Shown here in pieces: positions 20,312-29,878 of a stretch of 64,000 bases of DNA. The stretch is from Opitutales bacterium (lineage in GTDB: Bacteria; Verrucomicrobiota; Verrucomicrobiia; Opitutales; UBA9783): assembly GCA_024407725.1 (NCBI GenBank), contig JAKSVZ010000003.1, positions 4,732-68,731 of the forward strand. The letters are read 5' to 3'. Each line of letters begins with the position of its first letter. The first letter of the stretch is position 1. Both the position numbers and the translations under genes were made by a program. Below the pieces are notes generated by a model. That model had not been told where the DNA came from, searched no databases, and worked only from the letters and a program-made list of their open reading frames with translations.

Positions 20312-20965
20312 TTACATGCTGTAACGTAAACCCAAATCTACGCTGAACAAACGTCCTTTGGAGAACACATGCATATAGCGTAAACGAGCATTAACGTTGA
20401 AGTTTTCTGTGATGTTGAATGCAGCACCGAGCATAGCTTGTAAGCCCAAGCCGGTTTTGTCGTAATCACAAACCTTACCTTTATCGGTTTTCCCTTCTTC
20501 GGTTCCTTTAGCTTCGACGCTAGAAACGCTTAAGCCAGCACCGAGACCTGCAAAGACTTCGAAGTCGCTTTCGATTTCGTAGTCATAGTAGGCGTTCACC
20601 ATGAAGTTCATCATGTGACCTTTGAGTTCGATGTCCTTGTACTTTTTACTATCTTTTTCTATTTCACCCTTATCGCCTTTGCACTGGGTTAAGTTAAATT
20701 CGAATCCAAAGCGGAAATCGTCAAAAGCATGTACACCAGCTTCAATAGCCAAACCGGGTTTAAACTTTAGTCCTTCTCCGTCAGATTTTGGTTTACCCAT
20801 CAAGAAGCGTGCTTCACCGTAAGGACGAAGATCGTTAGTCCAATCAGAGGTTTGAATGACAGCATCCGATTCCTCTACAGAAGTAGCTTGTGCTTGATCA
20901 TCTCCGAATAATGGGCACGCTGCCAACAGACCCATAGGGAGTAATAATTTTAATTTATTCGTCAT
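20312..20965 (-). CDS. Outer-membrane beta-barrel protein (small porin/OmpW-like class)
   Basis: 217 aa with a signal peptide (MTNKLKLLLPMGLLAACPLFG) and alternating amphipathic beta-strand pattern with aromatic girdles (..GAAFNITENFNVNARLRYMHVF..). The family is not resolved. Confidence 0.6.
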   Translation of the reverse strand: MTNKLKLLLPMGLLAACPLFGDDQAQATSVEESDAVIQTSDWTNDLRPYGEARFLMGKPKSDGEGLKFKPGLAIEAGVHAFDDFRFGFEFNLTQCKGDKGEIEKDSKKYKDIELKGHMMNFMVNAYYDYEIESDFEVFAGLGAGLSVSSVEAKGTEEGKTDKGKVCDYDKTGLGLQAMLGAAFNITENFNVNARLRYMHVFSKGRLFSVDLGLRYSM

Positions 20966-21128
20966 TTTTTATTCCTTTGAATAATCAATTTAAAAAATAG
21001 TTAACACTCTGTCAAGAATTTTACTGTATCTTACACTGACCTTTTGGGGGAAAGCAAAGTCTTTATTTATATTGTTAATACGGTAATAATTTACTTTAAT
21101 TAATGAAAGTAAGAAAATTGGCAAGCAT

Positions 21129-21791
21129 ATGTTACAAAAACTTAAGGGTTGGTTTGCAGCTGGGGTATTGATGTTAATGCCCTTAGGGGTTACGTTTTTT
21201 GTTATTAAATTTCTGCTGGATAAGGTAGGGCAGCCGGCGAGTGCGTTGTTCTTTGGACGATGGACTCATGTGTTTGGGCAGCAATGGATGGGATGGGTTA
21301 TGGACATCCTAGCGTTTTTGATTGTGATGGCCATTATCACAGCTTTTGGATGGCTATCTAAATTTTTCTTTGGGCGTTTTTTGCTCTCGATTACCGAAAA
21401 GTGTATTAAAGCCATTCCGATTATCAATACCATCTATAAAACGGTGCAACAGATCGTTGAAACGATCGGGAAAAATAAAAAAGCGGTCTTTCAACAGGCG
21501 GTGTTGGTACCGTTCCCGAGTCAGGGTTTGTATTCCATTGGTTTTTTAACCAACCGCTCAACGGGCGAAACGCAAAGCAAAACTGCGGAGGAGGTATATA
21601 ATGTGTTTGTACCCACAACGCCGAATCCGACTTCTGGCTTTCTTATTATGGTGCCTGAAGCAAAAATGATTCGCTTGGATATGTCGGTTGGAGATGCCAT
21701 TAAATTGATCATTTCGGGCGGTACGGTATCGCCGGAAACCTTACAACAAAAGGTATCAAGCGAAATACATTTGGAAGTTAAGCAGAAATAA
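21129..21791 (+). CDS. DUF502 family membrane protein
   Basis: 220 aa with two N-terminal TM helices and the conserved FVPTTPNPTSGFL motif characteristic of DUF502. Confidence 0.7.
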   Translation: MLQKLKGWFAAGVLMLMPLGVTFFVIKFLLDKVGQPASALFFGRWTHVFGQQWMGWVMDILAFLIVMAIITAFGWLSKFFFGRFLLSITEKCIKAIPIINTIYKTVQQIVETIGKNKKAVFQQAVLVPFPSQGLYSIGFLTNRSTGETQSKTAEEVYNVFVPTTPNPTSGFLIMVPEAKMIRLDMSVGDAIKLIISGGTVSPETLQQKVSSEIHLEVKQK

Positions 21792-21794
21792 GCT

Positions 21795-22493
21795 ATGGTG
21801 CGTACGTTTTGGGTATCGGTTCTAGTGGTTGGTGGGTTGCAGTATGCCTTGATGGTCAAGGGGATGCCGTGGCTCAATAGTTGGATGGAGGTTAAAAGTC
21901 AACAGTTCCCCTTTTTGCGATCGTTCTATCCGCGCTTTAAAACAAGATTGTTGGTGCTCTGGGGGGTTATTATTGGTTTGATTTTGGCGCAAGCGCTTGC
22001 CTTTAATCCAGTAGCTACCCTTTGTAAATCCTTATCGAGCTTCCTGTTGTGTGTGGTGGTTGGCGATGTTGTGTCTCTGGTGGGTCTGGTAGGATTGGGC
22101 TATGCGCTTCAAAACGCAGAAGAAGTGTTTTATCTAGCGCATAAATGGATTAGTGTGTTGAGCATCGTGGTGGGATTATTGATGGCCATTAACAACCTAG
22201 GTTATTCCATTGCGGGCTTATTAACCGCTTTGGGGATTGGAGGTGCTGCGTTGATATTGGCGGCTCAAAAAACTTTGGCGGATCTATTGAGTGCCGTTTC
22301 GTTTGTATTAACCCGTCCGTTCCATGAGGGGGATTGGATTGTGGTGGGAACTAAGGCGGCTGGTCGCGTCGAATCGGTAGGTTTGCGTTTAACCCGAGTG
22401 CGTACGAAAGAAGGCACCATTGTTTACATTCCGAATCATTTAATTGCATCGGAATGCGTTGAAAACAAAGGGAATACGGTAGATCAAGCATGA
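21795..22493 (+). CDS. Small-conductance mechanosensitive channel (MscS family), short form
   Basis: TM3/beta-domain signature: GIGGAALILAAQKTLADLLS..TRPFHEGDWIVVG..GRVESVGLRLTRVRTKEGTIVYIPN. It ends soon after the beta domain (232 aa). Confidence 0.7.
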   Translation: MVRTFWVSVLVVGGLQYALMVKGMPWLNSWMEVKSQQFPFLRSFYPRFKTRLLVLWGVIIGLILAQALAFNPVATLCKSLSSFLLCVVVGDVVSLVGLVGLGYALQNAEEVFYLAHKWISVLSIVVGLLMAINNLGYSIAGLLTALGIGGAALILAAQKTLADLLSAVSFVLTRPFHEGDWIVVGTKAAGRVESVGLRLTRVRTKEGTIVYIPNHLIASECVENKGNTVDQA

Positions 22494-23467
22494 CGTTTTT
22501 AAGTCAATTACGTCAGCAGTTTACGGATAAAAAGCCCGTTTATATCGTTACGCATGAACGAGCGGATGGGGATGGCATTGGTAGTCAAATTGCCTTAACG
22601 CTTTACCTAAATCGTTTCGGGATTGAGGCTTATTGTTTACAATCGGAGCCCTTATCGGATGCCTATGCTTCGTTTTTAACTGGGGTTCCTGTGTGCGCCT
22701 TATCGGAGCACAAAGCGGATGCGTATTGGGTTGCTGTGGATTGTGGAAATCCGACGCGGGTAGCGCCCGAATTACGTTCGTTTACCTACATAGCGGTTAT
22801 AGATCATCATCCGATAGAGGAGCCTTGGGTCGAACGTTGCTGGATCCATCCGGAACGCTCTTCTAACTGTGAACTGTTGCTGGATTTGTTCTTGGAGGAT
22901 GGGTATCGTTTGGATCATCCGGCTATCAACCATGCATTGTACATGGGGATTTTAACGGATACGGGTAGTTTTTCTCATAATAATGTGACTGCGGATACGT
23001 TTGTTTGTGCGGAACGCTTAGTGCGCGCGGGGGTACAGCCTTATCGCATTATCCAAAAATTATTTCAAAACAAGACCTTAGACCAATTTCAACTGTATCG
23101 TTTGTACTTAAAACGTTTGCGTTTGTATGAATCGGGGACGATTGCAGTAGCGCGCTTAGATGCTTCGGATTATGTCAAAACCCATACGGAGCGCATGCAC
23201 ACAGAGGGGTTTGTCAATCAGCCGTTGGGGTTAAAGCAAACCAAGATTTCGATTTTTGTTGAAACGAATCCGACCTACGTAAAGGTGAGTTTGCGTTCGA
23301 TAGATCCGGTGTTTCCGGTTAATGCAGTGGCGAAATTATGGGGAGGTTTTGGCCATGTGTGCGCAGCGGGTTTTAAGTGCTCTCCTGCGCAATTTTCCTT
23401 AAGGCGTTTGGTTCGCGCGTGTGCCCGTTGTATTCAGGATGCGCATGAGGCTGACAATAACCTATGA
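22490..23467 (+). CDS. nrnA: DHH/DHHA1 phosphoesterase (NrnA-like oligoribonuclease / pAp phosphatase)
   Basis: Motifs HERADGDGIGS, VAVDCG, IDHH and GILTDTGSF, with a C-terminal GGGH-like GGFGHVCAAG. Confidence 0.75.
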   Translation: MTFLSQLRQQFTDKKPVYIVTHERADGDGIGSQIALTLYLNRFGIEAYCLQSEPLSDAYASFLTGVPVCALSEHKADAYWVAVDCGNPTRVAPELRSFTYIAVIDHHPIEEPWVERCWIHPERSSNCELLLDLFLEDGYRLDHPAINHALYMGILTDTGSFSHNNVTADTFVCAERLVRAGVQPYRIIQKLFQNKTLDQFQLYRLYLKRLRLYESGTIAVARLDASDYVKTHTERMHTEGFVNQPLGLKQTKISIFVETNPTYVKVSLRSIDPVFPVNAVAKLWGGFGHVCAAGFKCSPAQFSLRRLVRACARCIQDAHEADNNL

Positions 23468-24207
23468 TGTCCATTGATTCCCCCAAACCTATTTCTCGGG
23501 CTACTCCTTGTGTAGCGGATGGCATTCTGTTGATTGATAAGCCGTTGGGATGCACCTCGTTTGATGTGATTCGCAAATTGCGACGGGTGTGTGGGTTTAA
23601 GAAGATTGGGCATGCAGGGACTTTAGATCCATTGGCAACGGGTTTGTTGGTAATTTTGTTAGGGAAAGCCACGCGGTGTTCCCAAAGGTTAATGTGTGGA
23701 CGAAAAACCTATGAAGGAACCATCCGTTTGGGGGTTGAAACCAGTACGTACGACCGCGAAGGGGAGGTGGTGAGCACTATTTCCATTGATGGCTTGACCG
23801 ATGAGGCTATCCAAACGACCCTCCAAACGTTTTTGGGGGATCAGTATCAGTATCCGCCTATGTTTTCCGCCAAAAAAATCAATGGGGTGCCTTTGTATAA
23901 ATTGGCGCGTAAGGGTCAGACAGTTGAACGGGTGCCTAATTTTATCACCATTTTTCAATGTGAATTGTTGCGGTATGCAGCACCGGATGCGGTTGTTAAG
24001 GTTTGTTGTTCAAAAGGAACCTACATTCGGTCGTTAGCGCACGATTTAGGGAAAAAGCTTGGGGTTGGGGGGCATCTGTTGGAGTTAAGGCGCCTTCAAA
24101 GCGGTAGTTTTTCGGTAGATCAAGCGGTACCGTTGCAAGCTATTTTGGATGAACCTAATGGGTGGCGTTCGCACTTAATTCCTTATGATGCCTTATTAAC
24201 CCCTTAA
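23464..24207 (+). CDS. truB: tRNA pseudouridine(55) synthase
   Basis: GILLIDKP.G.TS, the catalytic-Asp motif GHAGTLDPLATGLL, and YSA.K..G..LY..AR.G. Confidence 0.9.
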   Translation: MMSIDSPKPISRATPCVADGILLIDKPLGCTSFDVIRKLRRVCGFKKIGHAGTLDPLATGLLVILLGKATRCSQRLMCGRKTYEGTIRLGVETSTYDREGEVVSTISIDGLTDEAIQTTLQTFLGDQYQYPPMFSAKKINGVPLYKLARKGQTVERVPNFITIFQCELLRYAAPDAVVKVCCSKGTYIRSLAHDLGKKLGVGGHLLELRRLQSGSFSVDQAVPLQAILDEPNGWRSHLIPYDALLTP

Positions 24208-24211
24208 ATTG

Positions 24212-25009
24212 ATGGAATTTACCCCTCCTATTCATTTGGTTATCGGAAACTTTGACGGGGTTCATGTGGGGCATCAGACCTTGATTCGCATGGCCTGCAA
24301 CCAAGCTCATGCGTTGGGGCAATCCGTGGTTGTGTATACCTTTAATCCTCATCCGCGCCAAATCATTCCAGAAGCCCCTAAGCTTCAACTGATTTATTCG
24401 GTGCAGGAGCGTTGTACCTTGTTGCGGCAATTGGGCTGCGATTCTATTTGGGTGCAGACGTTTACAAATCAGTTGCGCTTGCAAACCCCAGAACAGTTTT
24501 TGCAAGCCATCCAGCAGGTGTTTCCAACCTTAGCGGCTGTTTATGTTGGGGATCAGTTTCGTTTTGGTTATCGCCAACAGGGGGATGTACATACCTTACA
24601 GGATTTGTGTGAGCAAACGAAGAACGTTCGTTTGTGCGTTTGTCCTTCGGTATTTGATGCGGCAGGAAGGATTTGCAGTACGCGCATTCGGGCTGCATTG
24701 CAACAGGGGCAGCTGTCGGAAGCGAATCGTTTATTGGGTCAACCGTATCATCGGTATGGGAAGGTGGTGTCAGACGGCAGTAACGGCTATGCTTTTGTGC
24801 TTGGAAATCCGGAAGGCGAACCAACAGGAGAGGTTCCAACCAATGGTTGTTTGTTGAAAGCGGGGAGCTATGTCGGGCATTTTGATTGCCAACAACAGCA
24901 GATGCGGGTTAGGATTCAAGTGCACTCGGATCAACGGATTGGTTTGTTGGATTGCAATCCTGTGAACTTAAACTCGTTAGGGGTCTTGGTGTTTGATGAT
25001 TCACAGTAA
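24212..25009 (+). CDS. ribF: FAD synthetase / riboflavin kinase RibF (kinase half divergent)
   Basis: The N-terminal FMN adenylyltransferase motifs are present (IGNFDGVHVGHQ, F.PHP, S.T.IR). The C-terminal part begins LLGQPY..G.VV but lacks clear G(R)xLGFPTAN and PTF motifs. I chose the ATG at 24212 over the track's TTG at 24209. Confidence 0.75.
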   Translation: MEFTPPIHLVIGNFDGVHVGHQTLIRMACNQAHALGQSVVVYTFNPHPRQIIPEAPKLQLIYSVQERCTLLRQLGCDSIWVQTFTNQLRLQTPEQFLQAIQQVFPTLAAVYVGDQFRFGYRQQGDVHTLQDLCEQTKNVRLCVCPSVFDAAGRICSTRIRAALQQGQLSEANRLLGQPYHRYGKVVSDGSNGYAFVLGNPEGEPTGEVPTNGCLLKAGSYVGHFDCQQQQMRVRIQVHSDQRIGLLDCNPVNLNSLGVLVFDDSQ

Positions 25010-26451
25010 TGCGTTACCCGCTGGGCTATTTTGGCTTCGTATGCATCTTAACCTTAATAGGTGCCTGCGGGTGGTTGATGGCTATGCCTTGGAGCCATTG
25101 GCTCGTGTATGGGGTAGCCTGTGTCTTTTTTATTCTTTATACGCGCATCCGGATTTGTTCTTGGCGTTTTGTCATCAGTTTGGCCTTAAGCTTGATGGCG
25201 GCGTGCTACATGATTTATGAATGCCGTCATCCGCAGGGGAAAGCGCGTCATGTACAGGGAGTATTTCAATTCGAAAAGCAATTTCGTACGCGGGATACCC
25301 GCATCGGAGGATTTGGGCAATTAACGCTAGAAGATGGACAGAAACTGAGGCTTTATGTCCATGCTTCCAATCGCCGGAAAACCGTTATTAACGCTGACGA
25401 TTATTATCGTTTTTCAGGCTACATAAAGCCGTTGCTCAATCCCTTCAAAAGTTCGCAAAATTTTTCGTTTTATCTTTGGTCTCGTTTTATCCGTTGGCAC
25501 ACGTCTAAAGCACAATTTTATCCCCTAGAGGTTCAACCGCCAATGTCGTGGATCAATCGATGCCGCCAAACGTTCTTTAACGCTCTTACTACGCGTGATG
25601 TTACGTTATCCCATATCTACCGCGCGATTTTAATGGGGAAGAAAGAGGGAGTTTCTAAAGAGCAGTTAAATCACTTTTTCTATACGGGAACGATGCATTT
25701 ATTTGCCGTAAGCGGTTTGCATGTAGGGGTGGTGAGCGCATTTTTGTTTTTCGTGGGTCGCTTGTTCTTCTTGCCGTTCTGTATCCGTTGGTTGCTAACA
25801 AGCGGAGGGGTGTTGTTATATGGAACCATCGTGGGATGGAGCCCGTCTACGCTGCGTGCTACCTTGATGGTTGGTTTTGTCTTATTAGCCCAGTTGGTTT
25901 CACGACCTATTAAAGGCGTTAATACCTTCTTTAACACGATGGGATTAACGCTGCTGCTAAATCCATTTGAACTGTGGGATGTAGGTTTCCAACTCTCTTA
26001 TGGAACGGTTGCGAGCATCTTATGCATTGGGGTTCCGTTATCCAATTGGTATGCGCGTAAGCGTCATCATGCCTCCAATTGGCAACTGTCGTGCATTGTT
26101 TCTTTTTGCGCGAGTGCGATGAGCAGCTTATTTTCGATTTATTATTGGAATCTATTCAGTCCATGGGCGTTTGTGGCTAATTTGTTTTTGATTCCCTTAG
26201 CCAGCGTTATTGTTGTTACGGGAATGGTATCATGGGGACTGTATTGCATCCTGCCGATCAGTGTAACAGCGGTTGAGTGGATGGCCTATGGATGCTTATG
26301 GATTTTGCTGAAAAGCGTAGATTTTTTGGAACATTTGCCTTTTGCCATTTGTAAAATTTCCATGACACAGACCCTGTTTTGGACTGCTTTATTTTTATTT
26401 ATGTGCGTTACCGCAAAGCCTTTAAAGGAAAGCCCATTAAATCGTAGATAA
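25009..26451 (+). CDS. comEC: ComEC/Rec2 family competence-domain membrane protein (no beta-lactamase domain)
   Basis: 480 aa and polytopic, with the competence-domain signature GTMHLFAVSGLHVG and ..QLSYG. Its start overlaps the ribF stop (TAATG). Confidence 0.8.
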   Translation: MRYPLGYFGFVCILTLIGACGWLMAMPWSHWLVYGVACVFFILYTRIRICSWRFVISLALSLMAACYMIYECRHPQGKARHVQGVFQFEKQFRTRDTRIGGFGQLTLEDGQKLRLYVHASNRRKTVINADDYYRFSGYIKPLLNPFKSSQNFSFYLWSRFIRWHTSKAQFYPLEVQPPMSWINRCRQTFFNALTTRDVTLSHIYRAILMGKKEGVSKEQLNHFFYTGTMHLFAVSGLHVGVVSAFLFFVGRLFFLPFCIRWLLTSGGVLLYGTIVGWSPSTLRATLMVGFVLLAQLVSRPIKGVNTFFNTMGLTLLLNPFELWDVGFQLSYGTVASILCIGVPLSNWYARKRHHASNWQLSCIVSFCASAMSSLFSIYYWNLFSPWAFVANLFLIPLASVIVVTGMVSWGLYCILPISVTAVEWMAYGCLWILLKSVDFLEHLPFAICKISMTQTLFWTALFLFMCVTAKPLKESPLNRR

Positions 26452-26508
26452 TTTTTAAAAAATTTTGCTTTTTTGAAGTAAAAATTCATAGTATGATGAT
26501 GTAAATCA

Positions 26509-27675
26509 ATGTTTGACATTCGTATTGATAAAGTAACCCAACGCTTTGGAGATAGTGTGGCGTTGGATCAAGTATCGTTAGAGATTCGTTCGGGGGAGTT
26601 GTTCTTTTTGCTAGGAACCAGCGGTTGTGGCAAAACAACTTTGCTGCGTTTATTGGCAGGATTTTTGGCCCCGAAATCGGGGCATATTTATTTCAACGAC
26701 CGAGATGTGTCGAAAATGCCTCCGTATAAGCGTAAAATTGCCATGGTGTTTCAAAATTATGCGCTGTGGCCTCATATGACGGTATTTCAAAACATTGCCT
26801 TTGGGTTGCAGCAAAAGAAGTTACCGAAAGCCGAAATTAATGCGCGGGTACAAGAAATGTTGGAGATGGTGCACATGGAAGGATGTGTGTCGCGCAAACC
26901 CAACGAGCTTTCAGGAGGGCAACAGCAGCGAGTAGCGTTAGCAAGAGCCTTGGCTACGCGTCCACAATGTCTTTTGTTGGATGAACCTTTGTCTAATTTG
27001 GATGCAAAGTTGCGGATTGAAATGCGTTCGGAAATCCGTCGCATTTGTAAGGAGTCGCAAGTAACAGCGGTTTATGTAACGCATGATCAAGCGGAAGCCT
27101 TATCGATAGCCGATCGTATTGCGGTTTTGTCAAAAGGTAAGGTGGAGCAAATTGGTGTGCCGATTGATGTCTATAAGCATCCACGTAACCGATTTGTGGC
27201 GCATTTTTTGGGTGAAACTAATTTTGTTCCTGGAACGGTATTGAAAAACCAGTCGGGAGAACCGCTTCCTAGCATTGATCCGTTGACGAAAGATGCAAGC
27301 GATGACGTATCGGTTTTATCGGATGATAATCGACCGATAGGGTCGAAGCGTGAAGTTTTGATTCAAACCGCCATTGGGGTTTTCCGTGGCTTGTGGTATT
27401 TGGATCATCCGGTTCCGCAAGAGGGGGATCGGGTGTTGTTATCACTACGCCCAGAAGCGTTTAAATTAAAGACCTACCAATTGCCTGAAAATTCAATCGA
27501 TGGCGTTATCGGCGAAACGATCTATTATGGGGAGGTTGCCCATTATAATTTTATTAAAAATGGAGTTACGTTGCGTATTTCCGAATTGAATCCAAAACAT
27601 CTACAGCACGAACATCAAATGGGATTGTTCGCTAACATAAAAGTGGATGATGTGGTTGTTTTGCCCTTTGATTAA
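26509..27675 (+). CDS. ABC transporter ATP-binding protein (PotA/FbpC/MalK-like importer ATPase)
   Basis: Walker A GTSGCGKTT, Q-loop, signature LSGGQQQRVALARAL, Walker B LLLDEPLSNLD, H-loop VTHDQ, and a long C-terminal regulatory (TOBE-like) extension. Confidence 0.85.
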   Translation: MFDIRIDKVTQRFGDSVALDQVSLEIRSGELFFLLGTSGCGKTTLLRLLAGFLAPKSGHIYFNDRDVSKMPPYKRKIAMVFQNYALWPHMTVFQNIAFGLQQKKLPKAEINARVQEMLEMVHMEGCVSRKPNELSGGQQQRVALARALATRPQCLLLDEPLSNLDAKLRIEMRSEIRRICKESQVTAVYVTHDQAEALSIADRIAVLSKGKVEQIGVPIDVYKHPRNRFVAHFLGETNFVPGTVLKNQSGEPLPSIDPLTKDASDDVSVLSDDNRPIGSKREVLIQTAIGVFRGLWYLDHPVPQEGDRVLLSLRPEAFKLKTYQLPENSIDGVIGETIYYGEVAHYNFIKNGVTLRISELNPKHLQHEHQMGLFANIKVDDVVVLPFD

Positions 27676-29294
27676 TGAAAAAAGTTAGTATTTTTTTAAT
27701 CGCGATCGTTACGGTTGTTCTGCTGCCGTTCGTGTTTAAGCGAACCACGGTTGCGTTAAGTGCTCAAACGGATGATGTAGTGGTGGTAATTACCCCGCAC
27801 AATGAAGCCATTCGCTTGGAAATGGAGCTGGGGTTTCGAGAATGGTATTTAGAAAAAACAGGGCGTACGGTTAGTGTTGATTGGCGGGTTCCCGGCAGCT
27901 CTGGATTAATCATCCGTTATCTCCATTCAACCTATGAAAGCGCGTTTCAGATGTATTGGGAAAACACGCTCCATCGTAAGTGGAATGGGGTAGTACGTAG
28001 CGCTTTGGGAGATACGAATCCAACGGATGAATTAGCGAAGGAAGCGCGTGATATCTACCTTAAATCCAATGTGGGTTGTGGGGTAGACGTGATGTATGGC
28101 GGAGGCGTAGTAGAGTATAAAAAAGAAGCAGAATTAGGGAATGCGGTACCGTGTAATTTGCTGACTCGGCATCCTGAATGGTTTTCGGACGATTGCATCC
28201 CAGATATCGTTGATGGCGATCGGATGTATGAGGAACATGGGGCTTGGTTTGCAGCGGGATTATCGTCATTCGGTATTATGTATAATACCGATCGTATTCA
28301 TGATTTGAACCTTTCGGATCCTATTCATTGGAGCGACTTAGCAGAACCAGGACTTTATCGTCAAATAGCTATGGTTGACCCCGTACAAAGCAGTGTTGTC
28401 ATTAAATGTTTGGAAATGGTGATTCAGCAAAAAATGCGAGAGGCTTTCAGTGACTTACAGAGCAAGCAATCGGGTGAGTTAACCAAGGAACAAACGCGTG
28501 AAGCGCTCAATCGCGGTTGGATGGAAGGAATGCAGTTAATTCAACGGATAATGGCTAATTCGCGTTATTTTACGGGGAATTCGGTCACCACCATTTGGGA
28601 CGTAAGCCAAGGAAACTGCGCTGCTGGAGTGGTTGTGGACTTTTATGGGCGTCATCAACGAGCTGCGACAGCTGAGCGCGGCGGTAAAGATCGTATCCGC
28701 TTTGTGATGCCTAAAAAGGGAAGTTGCCTATCGTCGCAGCCCATTTGCTTGTTAAGGGGGGCAAAGAACCGAGACGTAGCGGAGGCATTCATCGAGTATG
28801 TTATGTCAAAAGAAGGACAGGCGAGGTTAATCCGAAAAGTGGGTGTTAAAGGAGGTCCAAGGTATCATGCCCTCCATGGGATTTCGGTTCGTAAAGATAG
28901 TTATACGCCGGAAACCATGGAATGGTTAACTGCCCCTGAATCGAATCCCTTTGCAGAAGCTAATGACTTTGTTTATAAGACGCAATGGACAGCGCCCGCA
29001 TTTGGGGCTATTCGCGAGTTGGTTAAGGTGTTGTTTATGCATTGCTATGATGACCTGTCTAAAGCTTGGGAAGCTATTTGTAAGGCGGAACAAGATGGGC
29101 TGCATGAGCAGGCTCAACGGGCGTTAGCGGTTATGAGTGATATGCATGGCATGACCTATGATTGGGTGTTCAGTACCCTAAGACCTTTGTTAGCGACCAA
29201 GGATTCCTTAAAGTTGATGCGGATGGAAACTGCCTTAACCCGTCGGTTTTGCGACCAATACCAACAGGCGTATTGGATTGCTTCTCAGCGTTAA
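27675..29294 (+). CDS. Putative ABC transporter substrate-binding protein (large, family-1 SBP-like)
   Basis: 539 aa with an N-terminal signal/anchor helix. It is translationally coupled to the ATPase (TAATG). The overall pattern resembles iron(III)/polyamine-type periplasmic binding proteins, but the assignment is weak. Confidence 0.5.
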   Translation: MKKVSIFLIAIVTVVLLPFVFKRTTVALSAQTDDVVVVITPHNEAIRLEMELGFREWYLEKTGRTVSVDWRVPGSSGLIIRYLHSTYESAFQMYWENTLHRKWNGVVRSALGDTNPTDELAKEARDIYLKSNVGCGVDVMYGGGVVEYKKEAELGNAVPCNLLTRHPEWFSDDCIPDIVDGDRMYEEHGAWFAAGLSSFGIMYNTDRIHDLNLSDPIHWSDLAEPGLYRQIAMVDPVQSSVVIKCLEMVIQQKMREAFSDLQSKQSGELTKEQTREALNRGWMEGMQLIQRIMANSRYFTGNSVTTIWDVSQGNCAAGVVVDFYGRHQRAATAERGGKDRIRFVMPKKGSCLSSQPICLLRGAKNRDVAEAFIEYVMSKEGQARLIRKVGVKGGPRYHALHGISVRKDSYTPETMEWLTAPESNPFAEANDFVYKTQWTAPAFGAIRELVKVLFMHCYDDLSKAWEAICKAEQDGLHEQAQRALAVMSDMHGMTYDWVFSTLRPLLATKDSLKLMRMETALTRRFCDQYQQAYWIASQR

Positions 29295-29373
29295 AACGAA
29301 GCAGGATGAGGGTTAATCGTTGGTTTGGAAGCCGAAAATCAATTGTTGGAATACGTTTAGTCAGGAATCGCTT

Positions 29374-29859
29374 ATGTTGCAGGTTATAAAGCAGCTAACG
29401 GTGGAGCAATTGACCGATGAGCGTCAAAAGTTGCGCCAAGCTCATAAGACCTTAGTGGTGACCAATGGCTGTTTTGATTTGTTGCACGCGGGTCATGTGT
29501 ACTCCTTAGAGCTTGCAGCACAACAGGGGGATGTGTTATGGGTGGGTGTTAACTCTGATAAGAGTGTACAAGCCCTCAAGGGAACCAAGCGCCCTATTTA
29601 TCCCCAAGCGCAACGTTTGTATTTAGTAGGAGCGTTGCAATGCGTTCAGGCGGTATTTTTGTTCGAAGGATCGACCTGTACCTCTGAACTTCAGCTGATT
29701 CAGCCGGATGTTTATGTAAAAAGCGGGGGATATACGCTAGAAACGCTTAACTCAGACGAACGGCGGGTGTTGGAAGCCGCACATACGCGTATTGTATTTT
29801 TACCTCCTGTGCTGGGGTTAAGCACAACTCATACGATTCAGGCAATCCGAGAGGGGTGA
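29374..29859 (+). CDS. hldC: D-glycero-beta-D-manno-heptose-1-phosphate adenylyltransferase (RfaE domain II type cytidylyltransferase fold)
   Basis: VVTNGCFDLLHAGHV..L..A...GD.L.VGVNSD.SV..LKG..RPI....R matches the RfaE-II/HldC pattern. I chose the ATG at 29374 (AGGAA RBS 6 nt upstream) over the track's TTG at 29320. Confidence 0.75.
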   Translation: MLQVIKQLTVEQLTDERQKLRQAHKTLVVTNGCFDLLHAGHVYSLELAAQQGDVLWVGVNSDKSVQALKGTKRPIYPQAQRLYLVGALQCVQAVFLFEGSTCTSELQLIQPDVYVKSGGYTLETLNSDERRVLEAAHTRIVFLPPVLGLSTTHTIQAIREG

Positions 29860-29878
29860 GCTAACCGAGAGTAGGTTT

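Noticed and set aside
21795-22493. The short MscS-like gene (232 aa) and short SufD (265 aa, 17271..18068) as possible pseudogenes.
   Set aside because: Both reading frames are intact, retain the core conserved motifs, and are tightly coupled to their neighbours. Short domain-minimal versions are plausible in a compact genome. I saw no frameshift or internal stop.
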